Of a DNA stretch of 64,000 nt, positions 1-13,536 are shown piece after piece. The DNA is from Octopus vulgaris. Lineage: Eukaryota. The stretch spans positions 41,726,001 through 41,790,000 of the forward strand of contig OX597834.1 of NCBI GenBank assembly GCA_951406725.2, read 5' to 3'. Within the stretch, counting starts at the first letter, position 1. Each line of letters starts with the position of its first letter. The translations under genes and the position numbers were made by a program. Under the pieces are notes generated by a model. The model was not told the DNA's origin. It did no database searches and saw only the letters and a list, made by a program, of their open reading frames with translations.

Positions 1-298
1 ACCCAAATCACTTGTTTAATGACATAATCGATGCTACTGTGTTGATATTATGTTCCGAATTTTAGGTTCAATTGAAGATAGATTTAAGCTTAAATCGTAT
101 GTTTTAAAAAGGCATCTAAACAATAAGCAAACTATTCCTTCAGATTTTGTAATTACTTTGAAATTTTGAAAGTTTATCACCCTCATCGTGAGCAATTGTA
201 CATTTTACACTGTAGCATCATGAAATTTTGAATGTAACTCATGGATTTCCGGCACTACTTTTGTGCATCCCACCCCCAAGATCACAGACTGAGAACCT

Positions 299-481
299 AT
301 TTCTTTGCTACCCACAAAGGGCTAAACACAGAGAGGACAAACAAGGACAGACAAACGGATTAAGTCGGTTATATCAACCCCAGTGCGTAACTGGTACTTA
401 TTTAATCGACCCCGAAAGGATGAAAGGCAAAGTCGACCTCGGCGGAATTTGAACTCAGAACGTAACGGCAGGCGAAATACG
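299..481 (-). mobile_element. SINE family A copy. Other copies lie near 4030-4243, 6488-6711, 7062-7200, 11517-11695, 13882-14292, 31920-32100, 32870-33087 and 61920-62140.
   Basis: Shared body gagttcaaattccgccgaggtcgactttgcctttcatcctttcggggtcgat...aagtaccagt recurs many times in the window. Confidence 0.85.
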
Positions 482-1726
482 TCTTAGAAAATTATAGATT
501 GCATAATGTAACCCTGAGACGAGATGGTCACGGTTGGAATGCTTTTCATAGTAGCTGCTAGACCAGAGCTGAATTCATGGATTAACAACAACAGCTAAAG
601 GTATCTATTTTTCTTTTGACGATCTCGGAACGATGAATGGTAAAGTCGACCTCAACCGGATTTGAACTCGGAACGTAAAGAGACATCAAATATTGTATAT
701 CAAAGTGATTTGTCCGCTTCTTACCAATTCTCTCAATCCGCCGCCATAGTTTTGTCATCTAAGCTTTCGAAAGAGATTCTAATGGAATTTGGAGCGCCTG
801 ATTTGGAAAAAAAAAAACTTTTCTAATCCTAACATTTTGTAGTCCGTTTTAACATATTCTGCCAAGTCGTATCCCGCTAATTCAAAATTTGTCAGAGGAG
901 GATAACGATGGCGCTCGATCTGCTAGGAATAGCAACAAAAATTTCTTTCCACATACATAAAAAAAGAAGGGTACATTTAGTAAATCTGTTGGCTTGATAT
1001 TGCATCTTCTTTCATAGTATTTACCTCTTCCACTTCAGTGCAGGGTCGTTTTTGTTGATGTGACGGTAACACGTTCCAACTGACGTTTCACTTCATCTGT
1101 CGTTTTTAACCATCCCCCCCACCATTGTGGATGGTTCGATCCTCGAAAGAATAAAGAATGAAAAGCTGAGTCAGTTGGCATCGGCAGCGGAGTTTGAACT
1201 GAGAACGTAGAGATACGCACCAAATACCACTTGACCTTCTATCCGACTTTTCTGAGTTGTACCTGCTATCCCTTCTCCCTGCAATCTTGCCGAAGGATCT
1301 CATATCTGACACACTTCCGTTCATGGGCCTCATTACACCCATCTTCCTTAGTTCAATTACGATAATTTTCTTGTCCTTTTCAGACGCTCTACATCCACTT
1401 TTCTGATTCGTCGTCATAACGTGTTCCTACATAACATTGCCAATAACAGAAAGACTCTTAATGGCGCATACACGACCGAAATGACTCTGAATATATATAG
1501 GTCTGCTTAATGAAACCCAACCAGAAACTTAAACAATAACAACAATATTTAATTCTCTTTTGTGCGATCCTGAGTAAGACATATCTTTTAAATCACAAGC
1601 TTTCTATACAAATACTAAAATACTAATTCACGTTACATTTAATTTCCTGTAAAAGTTCAAAATAGCCGAGTGAAGCGAATAAGTTATTGAACGGAGTGCA
1701 CTCTGTATTGTTGTTGATGGTGATGC

Positions 1727-1727
<1 letters not shown>

Positions 1728-1813
<86 letters not shown>

Positions 1814-1814
1814 C

Positions 1815-1845
<31 letters not shown>

Positions 1846-1855
1846 AAGATGATGA
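1728..1855. repeat. (GAT)n microsatellite
   Basis: Read directly. Explains the poly-M, poly-I and poly-S ORFs. Confidence 0.97.
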
Positions 1856-3521
1856 TATCGTCGTCGTCTTCATTATTATTTAGCTTCCTCCCCGCCAAGG
1901 TTTACCCTGTTGTCAAAGCCGTTCTGACAGAGACCGTCCCGACATTTACCCCCACCCAGACTAGTGTACCTAAGAGTACAGCGTTCAATGTGCCTTTTTT
2001 CTTACAATGCAGTCTGAGTGAAAACAAACTCGCTTGTTGTTTCTAGCAGATCGAGAGACCGTGTTGAGACTCTCTAGTCGACTCGTATTCCGCAGCGTCA
2101 TTCTTGTTTTCTTCATGTCAGATAAATTTAAATTCCATTCCCTGTAGAGAATTTACCATCTCGTCTATTAATTTTGATTGTAAACCATTAGGCCTGGGTT
2201 ATATCTTTGTCTGATAAAAAGTTTTACCCCACCATTGTGGGTTACACCATGGTTCCTCTGTTTTGTGGCAGAAGTAGGAAGAAAGGGTGAGAGAAAGTTG
2301 TGGTGAAAGAGTACAGCGGGGTTCACCACCACCACCACCCCACCTGAGCCGCGTGGAGCTTAGGTGTTTTTGCTCAATAAACACTCACAATGCCCGGTCT
2401 GGGAATCGAAACCGCGTTCTTACGACCGCGTGTCCGCTGCCCTAACCATTGGGCCATAGAGCCTCCACTCCTGCTGCTGTTGTGCTTAATTTTAGGGAGT
2501 TCCAGTCGTAAATAGGTCGGTCAATCATCGGGTATCTAACAATGGTGTAGGTAGTGGGGAGGCGGGGGCAATCTACTACCGGGTGACCCTTTTATGGAGG
2601 CAGTACTTTCGGGTCCTCTGTACAAGCCCGTATAGATTGCAGGGGCCCGGGGAAAGCGACAAACTCAAGTCTCTACACTCTCGGTATGTCACTGCATCTA
2701 AAACTATATTCTTCAATTAGTCATTCCATCCTTGTTTTTGTTTAGTCCTAGGCCACCTTAACCAAGATGACCTACGATCAAAGACGTTCTAACCATGACC
2801 ATGCCGCCTTTTTTCATAGAGTATGTCTAGGACCACCTTAACTGATGTGTCCTTCGTTGTGTCTGTTTGGTTCCAGATCATCTCTAGTCAACCTGTCCTT
2901 TAATCAAAGGCATCCCAACCATAAATATGCTGCCCTTAATTCAGGCATCGTGCATCAAGGCCTACATAATCCGATTTGTTCTTTTCCTTTCAAGGTGGCA
3001 TAGTGTAACGAGGGGCATAATTCATTTAAATAACATGTGGCGTATGATTTGAGTGAAATTCAGCAGCCATGTCGAACAGCTTGCAAAAGGTTCCCTTGGA
3101 CTTGTTGTTGACCTTTTCTTGCGTTTGACATTTCCTTCTTTCTCTCTGACATACAATCTGCTTTGGTGTTGAAAGTCGATCGTGGTTAGCTATTTTCTTC
3201 CTTATTTATTATCCTATAAAGTTTCTGGAGGGCCCTAAATGTTGCACGCTGGAGGGGGCAGACGTTAGGAAACACACTACGACTGTGTTCCAAGAGGATA
3301 TCAGTCAAAGAGATGCTATTGGCCATGTTGATAGAATATCGAACTTCAAGAAGAATTGGAAAAGATTCGTCATATTTTACCACTGGTTCTTGCAATGTGT
3401 CTACAAACAAGACTATGCATGCACAGCGAAGTTAAATTAAGACGGTATGGTCATGGACAGAGCGATGTATATATATGTATATACTTACTTTGAGAATTAG
3501 TTATTATTTTTGATACTATAT

Positions 3522-3657
<136 letters not shown>

Positions 3658-4491
3658 CGGTATCGACCAGACTATCGGACGTTGTTATACATCACTGGTC
3701 ACAATACGCTGCACGTCGTTTCAGCTTTTGAATGATGCAACCCCGCTGGCTAGACGAGAAGGCCAGGATCCCCCTTGATCAGAAGGCTATTCCTTCTCAG
3801 GATTATCCATTCACGGCTGAGTTAACAGGAGTAACAGGAAATGAAGTGTTTCGCTCAAAAACACAACACGCAGCAGGTCTGAGAATCGAAAACACGAGCT
3901 AACGATCATGTGTGCAACACCCCTAACCAACACATTAATTGCTCTGAGAATATAAAACGAGACACGAGGCCATCACTGTATGTGCGGACGAGCTTCTAGA
4001 AATACCAGCCACATTTCAAATTGCTCCAAGACGGCGAGCTGACAGAATCATTGGCACGCCAGGAAACATGTTCAACAGCATTTCGTCCGTCTTTACGTTC
4101 TAAGTTCAAATTCCACCGAGGTTGACTTTGCCTTTGATTCTTTCGGATATCGATAAAATAAATTCCAGTTGAGCACTGGGGTCGATGTAATCGATTTACC
4201 CACTCCTTCGAACTTGCTGGCCTTGTGCCAGAATTTGAAACCAATATGCCCAAGGTGCCACGCAATAGGACTGAATCCAGAACCATGTGGCTCGTAAGCA
4301 AGCTACTTACCACACAACCACTCCTACGCCTAACTTGATTTTTTTTTCAAACCTCTCCGAGCTCTCCCAGGAGTTTCTCATTTGTATCACTTCACTCACT
4401 AGCAATAAAAAAAAAAGAAAAATATTTGGATTTTTGAAATTTTGCTTAAGGACTATCAAATATATTAATATTTTCTTTTGTTTTTCCTCAG

Positions 4492-4712
4492 ATTTCTCAG
4501 CTATCGAACCAACTCAGAGCAGTGACCGCTGAACTGGAAATGATGACCAGTGACTATGACAACGAGAAACTTTCTCACAAGGCCGACGTTGACAGACTGA
4601 ACGCTGAGTTAGAAGGTGTGATCAAAGAACTCCAGGAACTCATGGATGCCAAACTGTCTCTGGAACTTGAGATTGCTGCTTATCGCAAACTGTTGGAAGG
4701 AGAAGAAAGCAG
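4492..4712 (+). CDS. Intermediate filament protein, internal exon (end of rod coil 2B)
   Basis: After the ttcctcag acceptor it reads [18 protein letters not shown]...[25 protein letters not shown], which contains the IF rod-end consensus. Donor AG|gtatgt at 4713, phase 2. An in-frame alternative acceptor exists at 4500. Confidence 0.95.
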
Positions 4713-5979
4713 GTATGTGATTTATATCTACAAGCAATTTATTTCGTGGTTTTAATTATTTATCTACCTGTAATTAGGCAAGGACAGCTGAATGAGGGTC
4801 ATCTAGCTTGGGTTCAGTTTGGAAATTGGTCAGTCAGTTAGTTAGTTAGTTCTTTTATTCTTTTACTTGTTTCAGTCATTTGACTGTGGCCATACTGGAG
4901 CACCGCCTTTAGTCGAGCAAATCGACCCCAGGACTTATTCTTTGTAAGCCTGGTACTTATTCTATCGCTAAGTGAATTTACCAGAATTTATAAACTTTAA
5001 GTCTTAATCTGTCACAAGGGTTGAAAAACCACCATCATGACAACCACCGTCGCCACAACCACCACACTGGCTACCGTCATCCCCTCCCTCTATCCCCACC
5101 ACCACTATAATCTCACTTTTGAGTACTTTCAGTGGAGTCTTCACTGATGCAAGAATTTAGATAGGATTCATGCTCGGTGGTTAACTCATGAATTGTACTC
5201 TCTTACTCCTTCTTCCTCTACTAGTCCCTGGCATCCGGCAACGAGTCCTGGACTCTCTACTTCCTTCAAAATGTCCGCTTCTGCTTGTTTCCGGTATATC
5301 CCGAAAATATACTAGACAGCCATTAATATGTAATAAACGAAATACGGTGTCCAGCTTTTCTGCTATGTGCGCACCAGTTACTAGGAAAGTGTTTAATGTG
5401 TGAAATTGGTATAACCAGTTATGTTACATCGCTATATTTAGTGGCTATTTAAGCAATGCGTTCGTGGATGGTTAATGCAACGGATGCGATACTGAAGAGA
5501 TAGCAATAACTCCTGAAATATGTATATACACCGATTACCTGCTTTTCTGTCTTCGATCGCAGTTTACACAGATGTGTCCGTATACGTTGTAGCTTTCAAT
5601 GCTGGATCTAATTTCCGAAGAAAATCTGTAAAGATAACTTTAAAAAGTCACCATATATTCTATATATGGTGACCATATATTTCCCCCGTCATTATCAGAA
5701 ACTGCCGGAAAGTTCTGAGCAGGATTCATTAAAATCACCATCAAAGGCTTAGCAGCTGTGACCATTCTGTTCCTTTAAAGATATCGACTTTTTCAATGTG
5801 CGCTTTCATTTTTCTAAGACAGCAAGGTTTAACTTAATGAAAGCTTTCCTGCTATGTCTAGCCGGTCGTATGACCTAGTAGAGACGCGTCCGTTGGCTCT
5901 AGTATCAGTTTAATAAGATCTTACGGTTTACTTAATTGCGAATGCTCATTCATATATTTTGTCTTCTTTCTTTTCACAG

Positions 5980-6104
5980 GATAAGCCTTGGAAGCTTGGT
6001 CCAGACACTGGGAGGTTTCCGTTCAGAGTCAGAAGATATTCTTGCTACTGCTTTCCAAAGATCTGGTTCCAGTTATCAGGCTATATCAAGCGCGGATGAT
6101 TCCA
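5980..6104 (+). CDS. Intermediate filament protein, exon (tail linker)
   Basis: ttttcacag|G completes the Arg codon from the previous exon. Reads ISLGSLVQTLGGFRSESEDILATAFQRSGSSYQAISSADDS. Donor gtaagc at 6105, phase 1. Confidence 0.88.
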
Positions 6105-7278
6105 GTAAGCTACCTTTATTTTTTTTTAAATTCTGATTGTTGTTGTGATTGTAGATAAGTCTCCGTGGGGCTGTGTTCTGATCAGAAGTGTTTTAGCGAC
6201 TATCTGGTCTTTTATTCATACAAAAGTCATCCAATGTAGGGTTTCATTTACAAGAAGGTAAGGTCTCTTGAAGAAGATTCACAGCTATTTCTAGCAGATC
6301 ACTCGACCACTAGCGGTTCCCTTGTTTACTCTAATGTTGGATTATTTGCTGTTCATCATTTTAAGTTTGTGTGTGTGCGTGTAAATGTGAATGTATATGT
6401 GTGTGTATGTGTGTGTGTGTACGCGTGCGATTGTGAGGCTATCAGGGATTAAGAGGTGACTGTCTTAGTCATTAGTGATGCATGTAAGGTGGCGGGTTGG
6501 TAGAATCGTAAGCACGCCTGACAAAATGCTTAGCGGCATTTCGCTCTTTTTTTTACGTTCTGAGTTCAAATCCCACCGAGGCTGATTTCGCCTTTCGTCC
6601 TTCCGGGGTCGATAAAATAAGTAAGTACCAGTCAAGTACTTGGAGGTCGATTATAAAAATACTTCCCCTCCCTTCAAAAACTGTGGGCTTTGTGCCAAAT
6701 TTTGAAACCATTATACATGTTAATGACCTGGGGTACGAAACATAAACACTTCCTCACCGTTCGACTGTTAGTGTATTACCGTATCCTAACACCTGGTTGC
6801 TTCCCTATAGACGTCATGTGATAATAATTTACATTATTGTCTTCGAGTTCAAGCACCCATCAGGCCAGTTACCTATTTCCATGGCGTATAAGTGGGTGAA
6901 ATCACAATAAGACTCTATGAACAGAACACCGTTTCGTTTCACCGTTACACATTTTTGGCTGAGTGGCCTAGAGCAAAGTGAAATGAAGTAGTGGAAACGC
7001 ATAAAAAGCAAACACATACACACACACACACATATTTTGAGTTTTATAGAGATAGATTTAGACGGTGAACTGGTAGAATCGTTACCGTGCCGGAGAAAAT
7101 GCTGAGCGGTATTTCTTCTGATTTTACGTTCCGGGTTCAAATGCCGCCAGGGTCGACTACGCCTTTCATCCTTTCAGGGTCGATAAAATAAGTACCAGTT
7201 AAACCTAGCGCAAAAACTTGAAACTAATATTTTATGTCAGCTGATATTTATTATTTCTGTTTGTTTGCTTGTTTTCAG

Positions 7279-7409
7279 GTATATGTCCGGCATCACAAGG
7301 CCGTATCACCATACACCGTACGTCAGCAGGAAGTGTGTCCATCATGGAGGTAGACGCCACTGGCCAATATATTGAATTGGAAGAAATCAGCAGTGCTAAA
7401 TTAGGAAGA
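7279..7409 (+). CDS. Intermediate filament protein, exon (start of lamin-tail domain)
   Basis: ttttcag|GT is phase-compatible. Reads ICPASQGRITIHRTSAGSVSIMEVDATGQYIELEEISSAKLGR, resembling the LTD 'G.V.I.E.D..G.(F/Y)I.L' motif. Donor gtaaga at 7410. Confidence 0.9.
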
Positions 7410-8779
7410 GTAAGATACAATTTATCTTGTTTATTATTTTTGGAGGGAACAGGGTGGTTAATTCGTTGGTATGGTTATCAAATTTCGGCTTAGTAATAAC
7501 CGTGAAGAGCAATACTAAAGTGTGTTTCAACCGTGACTATTCCATCTTTTTTCTCACTCATATAACATTGAAGTTATTAAGTGTCCCTTTTACATTTTTT
7601 TTCAAACGGTAAGGATAAGTGATTATCTGCATCTATGGTCGCTCTCTGAGAGCTTTGCTTTCCATCCAGAATTATGATTGCTTGAGATGGTTTCACTCTG
7701 ATTTTGAAATGTTAACAAAATTTCTGAGACTGACCTCTTGAAACAGTAAACAATTCAGCAGAATCTCACAAACTAAGCAGCAAAAAAAGGTTAGTTGAGA
7801 TTGGTGAAACTGGTGTTTAGCTTTTACATCATCAATATTTGCTTTGGAATTGCTGCATCCAACCAAGAGAATTGCTTTCAAATGTTCATCAGTCGACCTT
7901 GTTCGATGTGCGAACTTCACATACTTCAGTTTTAGGCAAGTGCAGGTACTTACACAAAAGATACAGAGCGATGCGGGCCGGATGAACTGACCTCGCGGGC
8001 CGTAGTTTGGTGACACCTGATCTAGTTGATGCTTTCTGATTTTTTAAAAATACTTTTATTTTTAAATGGGATATTTGTGTTTTCTTTTTCTTTTATACGA
8101 ACTGTCAAATTTAACCCGAACACTCTCTATACGCCAACTAGAACAGTTTTTTTTAAAATTTCTCATGTTGACAATAGAAAGAAAATTAGTTTAATGAAAG
8201 TAACGTTTCCATTATTTTGTTCAATCCTTGTGTATGAATACATAAATGTGTGTGTGTGAGTACATGTGTCCGTACGTGCGCATGCGTGTGTGCACGTGTA
8301 TGTGTGCGCATGCGTGTGCGTGCGTATCTGTGCACGTGAAAAGTAGGTTCGTTTAACTTTGACAGTTTCTTTGTTGTTAACTTCCATATATCTCATTTAC
8401 CCACTTCATACATAAACACCGAAGTACTTTAGGCCTTTTGGAGGAAAGTCATCATGACCTTCGCGCATACTTATGCAACAACTGTCTTCTGAAATGACGA
8501 ATCATTGTTCCTGACACAATTCCCGACGAATGCTTGAAGGACTGTGTCTACAGGTATTCAGTAATTGCAATGTGGTTGGTCAACAGATTAATGGAAGCCA
8601 TTCTAGTAGAGCTCTCTATTTTTGTGTGTGTGTGAGTGTGTGTAAGGGCACGTGACCTACTGGTTATAGTGGTGTATTTACGAGCGCGAGAACGTGGTTT
8701 CGATTCCTGAACGAGTTGTACGTTGTGTTCTTGGGTAAAACACTTCACTTCACGCTGCTCTGTGGTCACTTTAACACCT

Positions 8780-8884
<105 letters not shown>

Positions 8885-9318
8885 GATCTTATTCGTATAG
8901 CCTCCTACTGATCCCCGCTCTCATCTGTCAGCTGTACCAGCGCCATCCATTTGATCAGATTATCTGCTCTCCGCTATGGCAAGGGGTAACCTTGCTCACT
9001 CTCGCTACACACACACACACACACACACACACATTCGTAATAAAAACCTAGAGATGGTGTGTCAAAAAATTAAGGTGACCACAGATGGAGCAGCGATCTA
9101 GATCGAAACTAACCCGAAGTTAAACAACAACCAGTGTTCTCCATTTGTTGTGTATAAACATTGTAATGTATAAAAAGTTTTTATTCATAAAATGTTTTTG
9201 CGTATATATTCGCAAGTCTATTTATGTTAGTATACGCATGAGTGAGTGTGTATGTGTGTGTGTGTCCATATCTGAGTGACCTTATTAAAGTGTCAATACC
9301 ATTTTTATATTTGTACAG

Positions 9319-9438
9319 ATACAGGAGCCAATCAATCTCAAGGGATGGTCACTCGAACGTACCTTTGAGGACACGAAAAAAGCACTCGTCCACCAGTTTA
9401 AAGAAGACTTCCTCTTCTCGCCAAATAAACAGATTAAG
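9319..9438 (+). CDS. Intermediate filament protein, exon (lamin-tail domain)
   Basis: gtacag|ATA, 40 codons IQEPINLKGWSLERTFEDTKKALVHQFKEDFLFSPNKQIK, with the LTD 'L.GW.L.R' motif. Donor gtaaga at 9439. Not in the ORF track in this frame. Confidence 0.9.
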
Positions 9439-9477
9439 GTAAGATATGCTGACAATGTGTGTGTATGTGTGTGTGTA

Positions 9478-9767
9478 GGCACATGGCCAAGTGGTTAGAG
9501 CAGCGGACTCACGGTCGAGGGATCGCGGGTTCGAATCACAGACCGGGCGATGTGTGTGTTTAAGACCGAAACGCCTAAGCTCCACGCGGCTCCGGCAGAA
9601 AGTAATGGCGAACTTCTGCTGACTCTTTCGCCACAACTTTCTCTCACTCTTTCCTCCTGCATCTTGCAGCTCACGTGTGACGGACCGGCGTCCCGTCCAG
9701 GTGGGGAACCTATACGCTAAGAAAACCGGGAAAACGGCCCTAATGAGCCAGGTGCGGCTCGAGAAGG

Positions 9768-9768
<1 letters not shown>
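9478..9768 (+). mobile_element. SINE family C (tRNA-like head). Related copies at 2240-2468 (-), 13600-13860 and 61738-61850.
   Basis: A box tggccaagtgg and B box ggttcgaatc, followed by a non-tRNA body shared with the other copies. Confidence 0.8.
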
Positions 9769-9811
<43 letters not shown>

Positions 9812-11367
9812 CACACATACATATTTGTGTGTGTGTGTGTATGTGCTTACCATCTTTTACTGGATCCGTTATCGAACTGTCTCCGACCTGGAGAATCTAC
9901 TGACGTCAAAGGTTTTCAGCTGATCCTATTTTCAGTCAGGTGCCTATTTTATTGCCTTCTATCGAAGAGCTGATTGTTTACGCATAAAGCGACGCAATTC
10001 CGATTTTCGACAATAAATGTATACACAAGCGCAGATATATATACGCATATACACATAAATATGTGTGTGTGTGTGTGGTGCAAAAGTTATAAATAACACG
10101 AAGTAGAGGTAAAAACAAAACAAGCATCGTATATTAGTTTGCTCACAGGAAAAATGTAGAATGAAAAGTTTTTTACATTTCGAGCATACGCTCTTTCCCC
10201 AAGGCAATAGACGAGAAAAGAAAAATATGAAGAGAGAAAAGAACAAACGTGCCCCAAATAGGCGGTCACTGCATACACATATTTGCAAGTATAATGCCTG
10301 TATGTATGTACATATGTATGTATATATAGTCTGTAAATGAAATGATTTATAATGTATCATAACAAAGGCTGGATTGAATATGAATTAGAAAATATCAGCT
10401 TTTAAAAATCAGCCTTTTAACAATATCACAACGGAGAATGTCATTTATTGGTTTCAAATTTTGGCACGAGGCCAGGAATCTCGGGGATAAGTCGATACAT
10501 AGACTCCAGTACTTAACTAGTACTTATTTTATCGATCCCGAAAAAACTAAAAAGCAAATTGGACTCCGGCGATATTTGAGCTCAGAGCTTACAGTATGAA
10601 CAAATGCCGTTGAGTATTTTGCTTGGCGCTGTAAAGATTCTGCCAGCTCGCTGCCTTGACGGAGAATATCGTTTATTGAAAGTAAAAACACAGAATTAAA
10701 CGATAAATTAAAAACAAAGAAAGAAGAGAGGCGAGGAACGGAAAAAGGAAAATAAGTATGAGAGAATAAAGTCTTATGTAACAAGAGGTGGCTATGAAAC
10801 AGTGAGTATAATTGTTATAGATACATGTGAGACTTGTTCATCCTTCTCTTGGTAGTCCTCTCTTGTAACTGGCAACAGACTGGAAACATTCTTAGTTGTA
10901 TTCGCATCGTTCTTCAGCAGTGGATCTACCATGGAAGGATGAGAACAAGGGGGACATCATCGTGAAACTCATTCTTAAACCCTGTCGAACTCTGAGCATC
11001 AGATTTGGGCCAAGGTGCTCTGGAGGTGGTTGGTGAGTTTCGTTGGTCGTGTGATAGGGAGTACGCAGATCCATCCATGGTTTCCCCCTCGTTAGTGTCA
11101 TCGTTGAGCTGGTGGGGAGCAGACTTGGTTTCAATGGAGATCTCATCCATTGGGATTGATCTAAAGCCTTCAATAGGATGAACTATCAGTACTTTGATGT
11201 AGTTTTCAGAACAACTCTGTTCAGAGACAGAACCTTGTACACAACTGTGTTCATGAGAACAGATCCCCGTCGTTAAATTAAGTATAAGTTGCGTATTGGA
11301 ATCGACTTGCCCCCGCCACCAAAATTTCGGGCCATGTGCTTAGAGTAGAAAAAAAAGATTATCATTA

Positions 11368-11399
<32 letters not shown>

Positions 11400-11478
11400 G
11401 TTATTGTTATTGTTATTATTATTATTATATTTAAAAAAAGGATTGACGTAACTCTTCACAAAGATAAACAGTCAAGAC

Positions 11479-11517
<39 letters not shown>

Positions 11518-11732
11518 GGTGACGAACTGGCAGAATCTTTAGAGCGTCGGACAAAATGCTTAGCGGCTTTACGTTCTGCGTTCGAATGTCACTGAGGTCA
11601 ACTTTCCCTTTCATTCTTTCGGGGTCGCTTAAATAAAGTTATCGACTAACCGCCCCTCCTCTAAAACTTATGACTTTGTGCCAAATTTTGAAACAGTCAT
11701 TATTATTGATTATTAATCTTCTTCCATTCTAG

Positions 11733-11846
11733 GTTTGGGGATCAAAATATAGCGCTAATGCAGAAGGCATCGTTTCTTCTACCGTCAACGACTGGGGACC
11801 TTTGAACACAAGTTCCAGAATCGTTTTGAAGGACGAGAATTCAAGG
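11733..11846 (+). CDS. Intermediate filament protein, exon (lamin-tail domain)
   Basis: ttctag|GTT, 38 codons VWGSKYSANAEGIVSSTVNDWGPLNTSSRIVLKDENSR, fitting the LTD '(I/V)W...WG...L.(D/N)' pattern. Donor gtaaga at 11847. Confidence 0.9.
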
Positions 11847-12589
11847 GTAAGACAATTTGAACTTCGTTGAAGTAGAAAATCTGACAAACAATGCTTAACA
11901 AATACAAACATATCTTCCAAGCATATCGAACCTACTTTATGATTCATATATTATTGACACGGTTTGCAAAAAATCTCACAAACACAAACGTAAGTTCACG
12001 ACCTGTCGGTAAATTTACAACACGTGCATTCACAACCCATGAATTTACAACCAACTCATTAATTTGTAACCCATTAATTTGCAGCCCATTAATTTACGGC
12101 CTGCGTATTGGTATATACTCTTTTACTCGTTTCAGTCATTTGACTGCGGCCATGCTGGAGCACCGCCTTTAATCGACCAACTCGACCCCGGGACTTATTC
12201 TTTTGTAAGCCCAGTACTTATTCTATCGGTCTCTTTTGCCGAACCGCTAAGTGACGGGGACGTAAACACACCAGCATCGGTTGTCAAGCGATGTTGGTGC
12301 ACAAACACAGACACACACACATATACATATATACGACGGGCTTCTTTCAGTTTCCGTCTACCAAATCCACTCACAAGGCATTGGTCGGCCCGAGGCTATA
12401 GTAGAAGACACTTGCCCAAGGTGCCACGCAGTGGGACTGAACCCGGAACCATGTGGTTTGTAAGCAAGCTACTTACCACACAGCCACTCCTACGCGTATT
12501 TTTGTATTTATTTATGTATTTATTTTTGTATTTATTTATTTATTTATATACATAGTTGTTTATTGTTCCGTCTTTTCTGTTTTTTACAG

Positions 12590-12625
12590 GAAAAAGCTGT
12601 GCTTAACGTCAAGTATGCAGGTTAA
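12590..12625 (+). CDS. Intermediate filament protein, terminal coding exon
   Basis: Polypyrimidine tract and tttttacag acceptor, then EKAVLNVKYAG-stop (TAA), completing the last LTD strand 'E.A'. No CaaX box. Confidence 0.82.
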   Translation, partial: EKAVLNVKYAG

Positions 12626-12807
12626 AATATTTGCTTTTTATGAAGGAAATTTTGTTTTAAACAAATAATACTTGGCAACAGAGAAAAAGACTCTTGTCAA
12701 ACTGAACAAAAAAGAACCTCACTTAGAAGTTCCAGGTAAAACAATGGAATATCAAAACCGTTCTATCTATCATGTCGAAAGCGGCATTTTCCTCCTCCCA
12801 TATATAT

Positions 12808-12858
<51 letters not shown>

Positions 12859-13506
12859 TATATTTTAGTACTATTGTCCTGAAGAGTTGATTTTTTTATA
12901 AGAAAAGAAGGAAAAAGAAAAAGAAATGAATCAAAGAAGAGAAGAAACACAATAGAAAGGCAAACTTCCTCGACTTAATTCTATCGCGAAGCCACAAAAT
13001 TCTCGGCTTACATCTTGCTTTTAAATAATTCTACATATTTCACCTTTCAAAAAAAAAAAAAAAAGGCTAGGGATCTAGACCACTTTCGTATAGATATTGC
13101 ATCCAATTTTCGGTCGGTGTGGGTCCTAGTTGCCTGCACATTGGGACTGAGCTGAACATTTTTTCCATCCCCACCATATATCTTTTATGATGATGAACTC
13201 GAAGGCATTTGAGTGAGAAAAGTGAAAAAATATTTTTTTTTTTTTTACCAAAAAAAAAAAAAAAAAAACAGGAAAATCAACGACAATTCAATGACCACCC
13301 AACAAAATGGAAGGTTTCATGAAATAACAACACCTAACAACAGAAACAAGATGAAAACAAACCAACAACTGGAAGATGGGAGTAAGTTCTCCGGGAGTTT
13401 AATATTGCATTACATTTTTATCTCTTCGAAACAATGCGTTGTGTATTGTGCTTTTCTTTCCTAGATTTCTCTAGCTGAATTGTATGAATCAAACCAAAAA
13501 AAAGGC

Positions 13507-13536
13507 AATAAAAATGTTCGTTTTTTTTTCAATAAA
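13507..13536 (+). promoter_or_regulatory. Candidate polyadenylation signals of the IF gene
   Basis: AATAAA at 13507 and 13531, about 0.9 kb after the stop, followed by T-rich sequence. Confidence 0.45.

Noticed and set aside
1623-2046. Poly-Met, poly-Ser and poly-Ile ORFs
   Set aside because: Artefact of the (GAT)n microsatellite.
9478-9550. tRNA gene (also 58930-59002 and 61738-61815)
   Set aside because: A and B boxes are present, but the acceptor and T stems do not pair properly and the sequence continues into a repeat body. These are SINE heads.
12079-12555. 158-aa ORF and similar ORFs (19284-19673, 49363-49677) sharing 'FRLPNPLTR...YSRRHLPKVP'
   Set aside because: Antisense translations of SINE family B, not a protein family.
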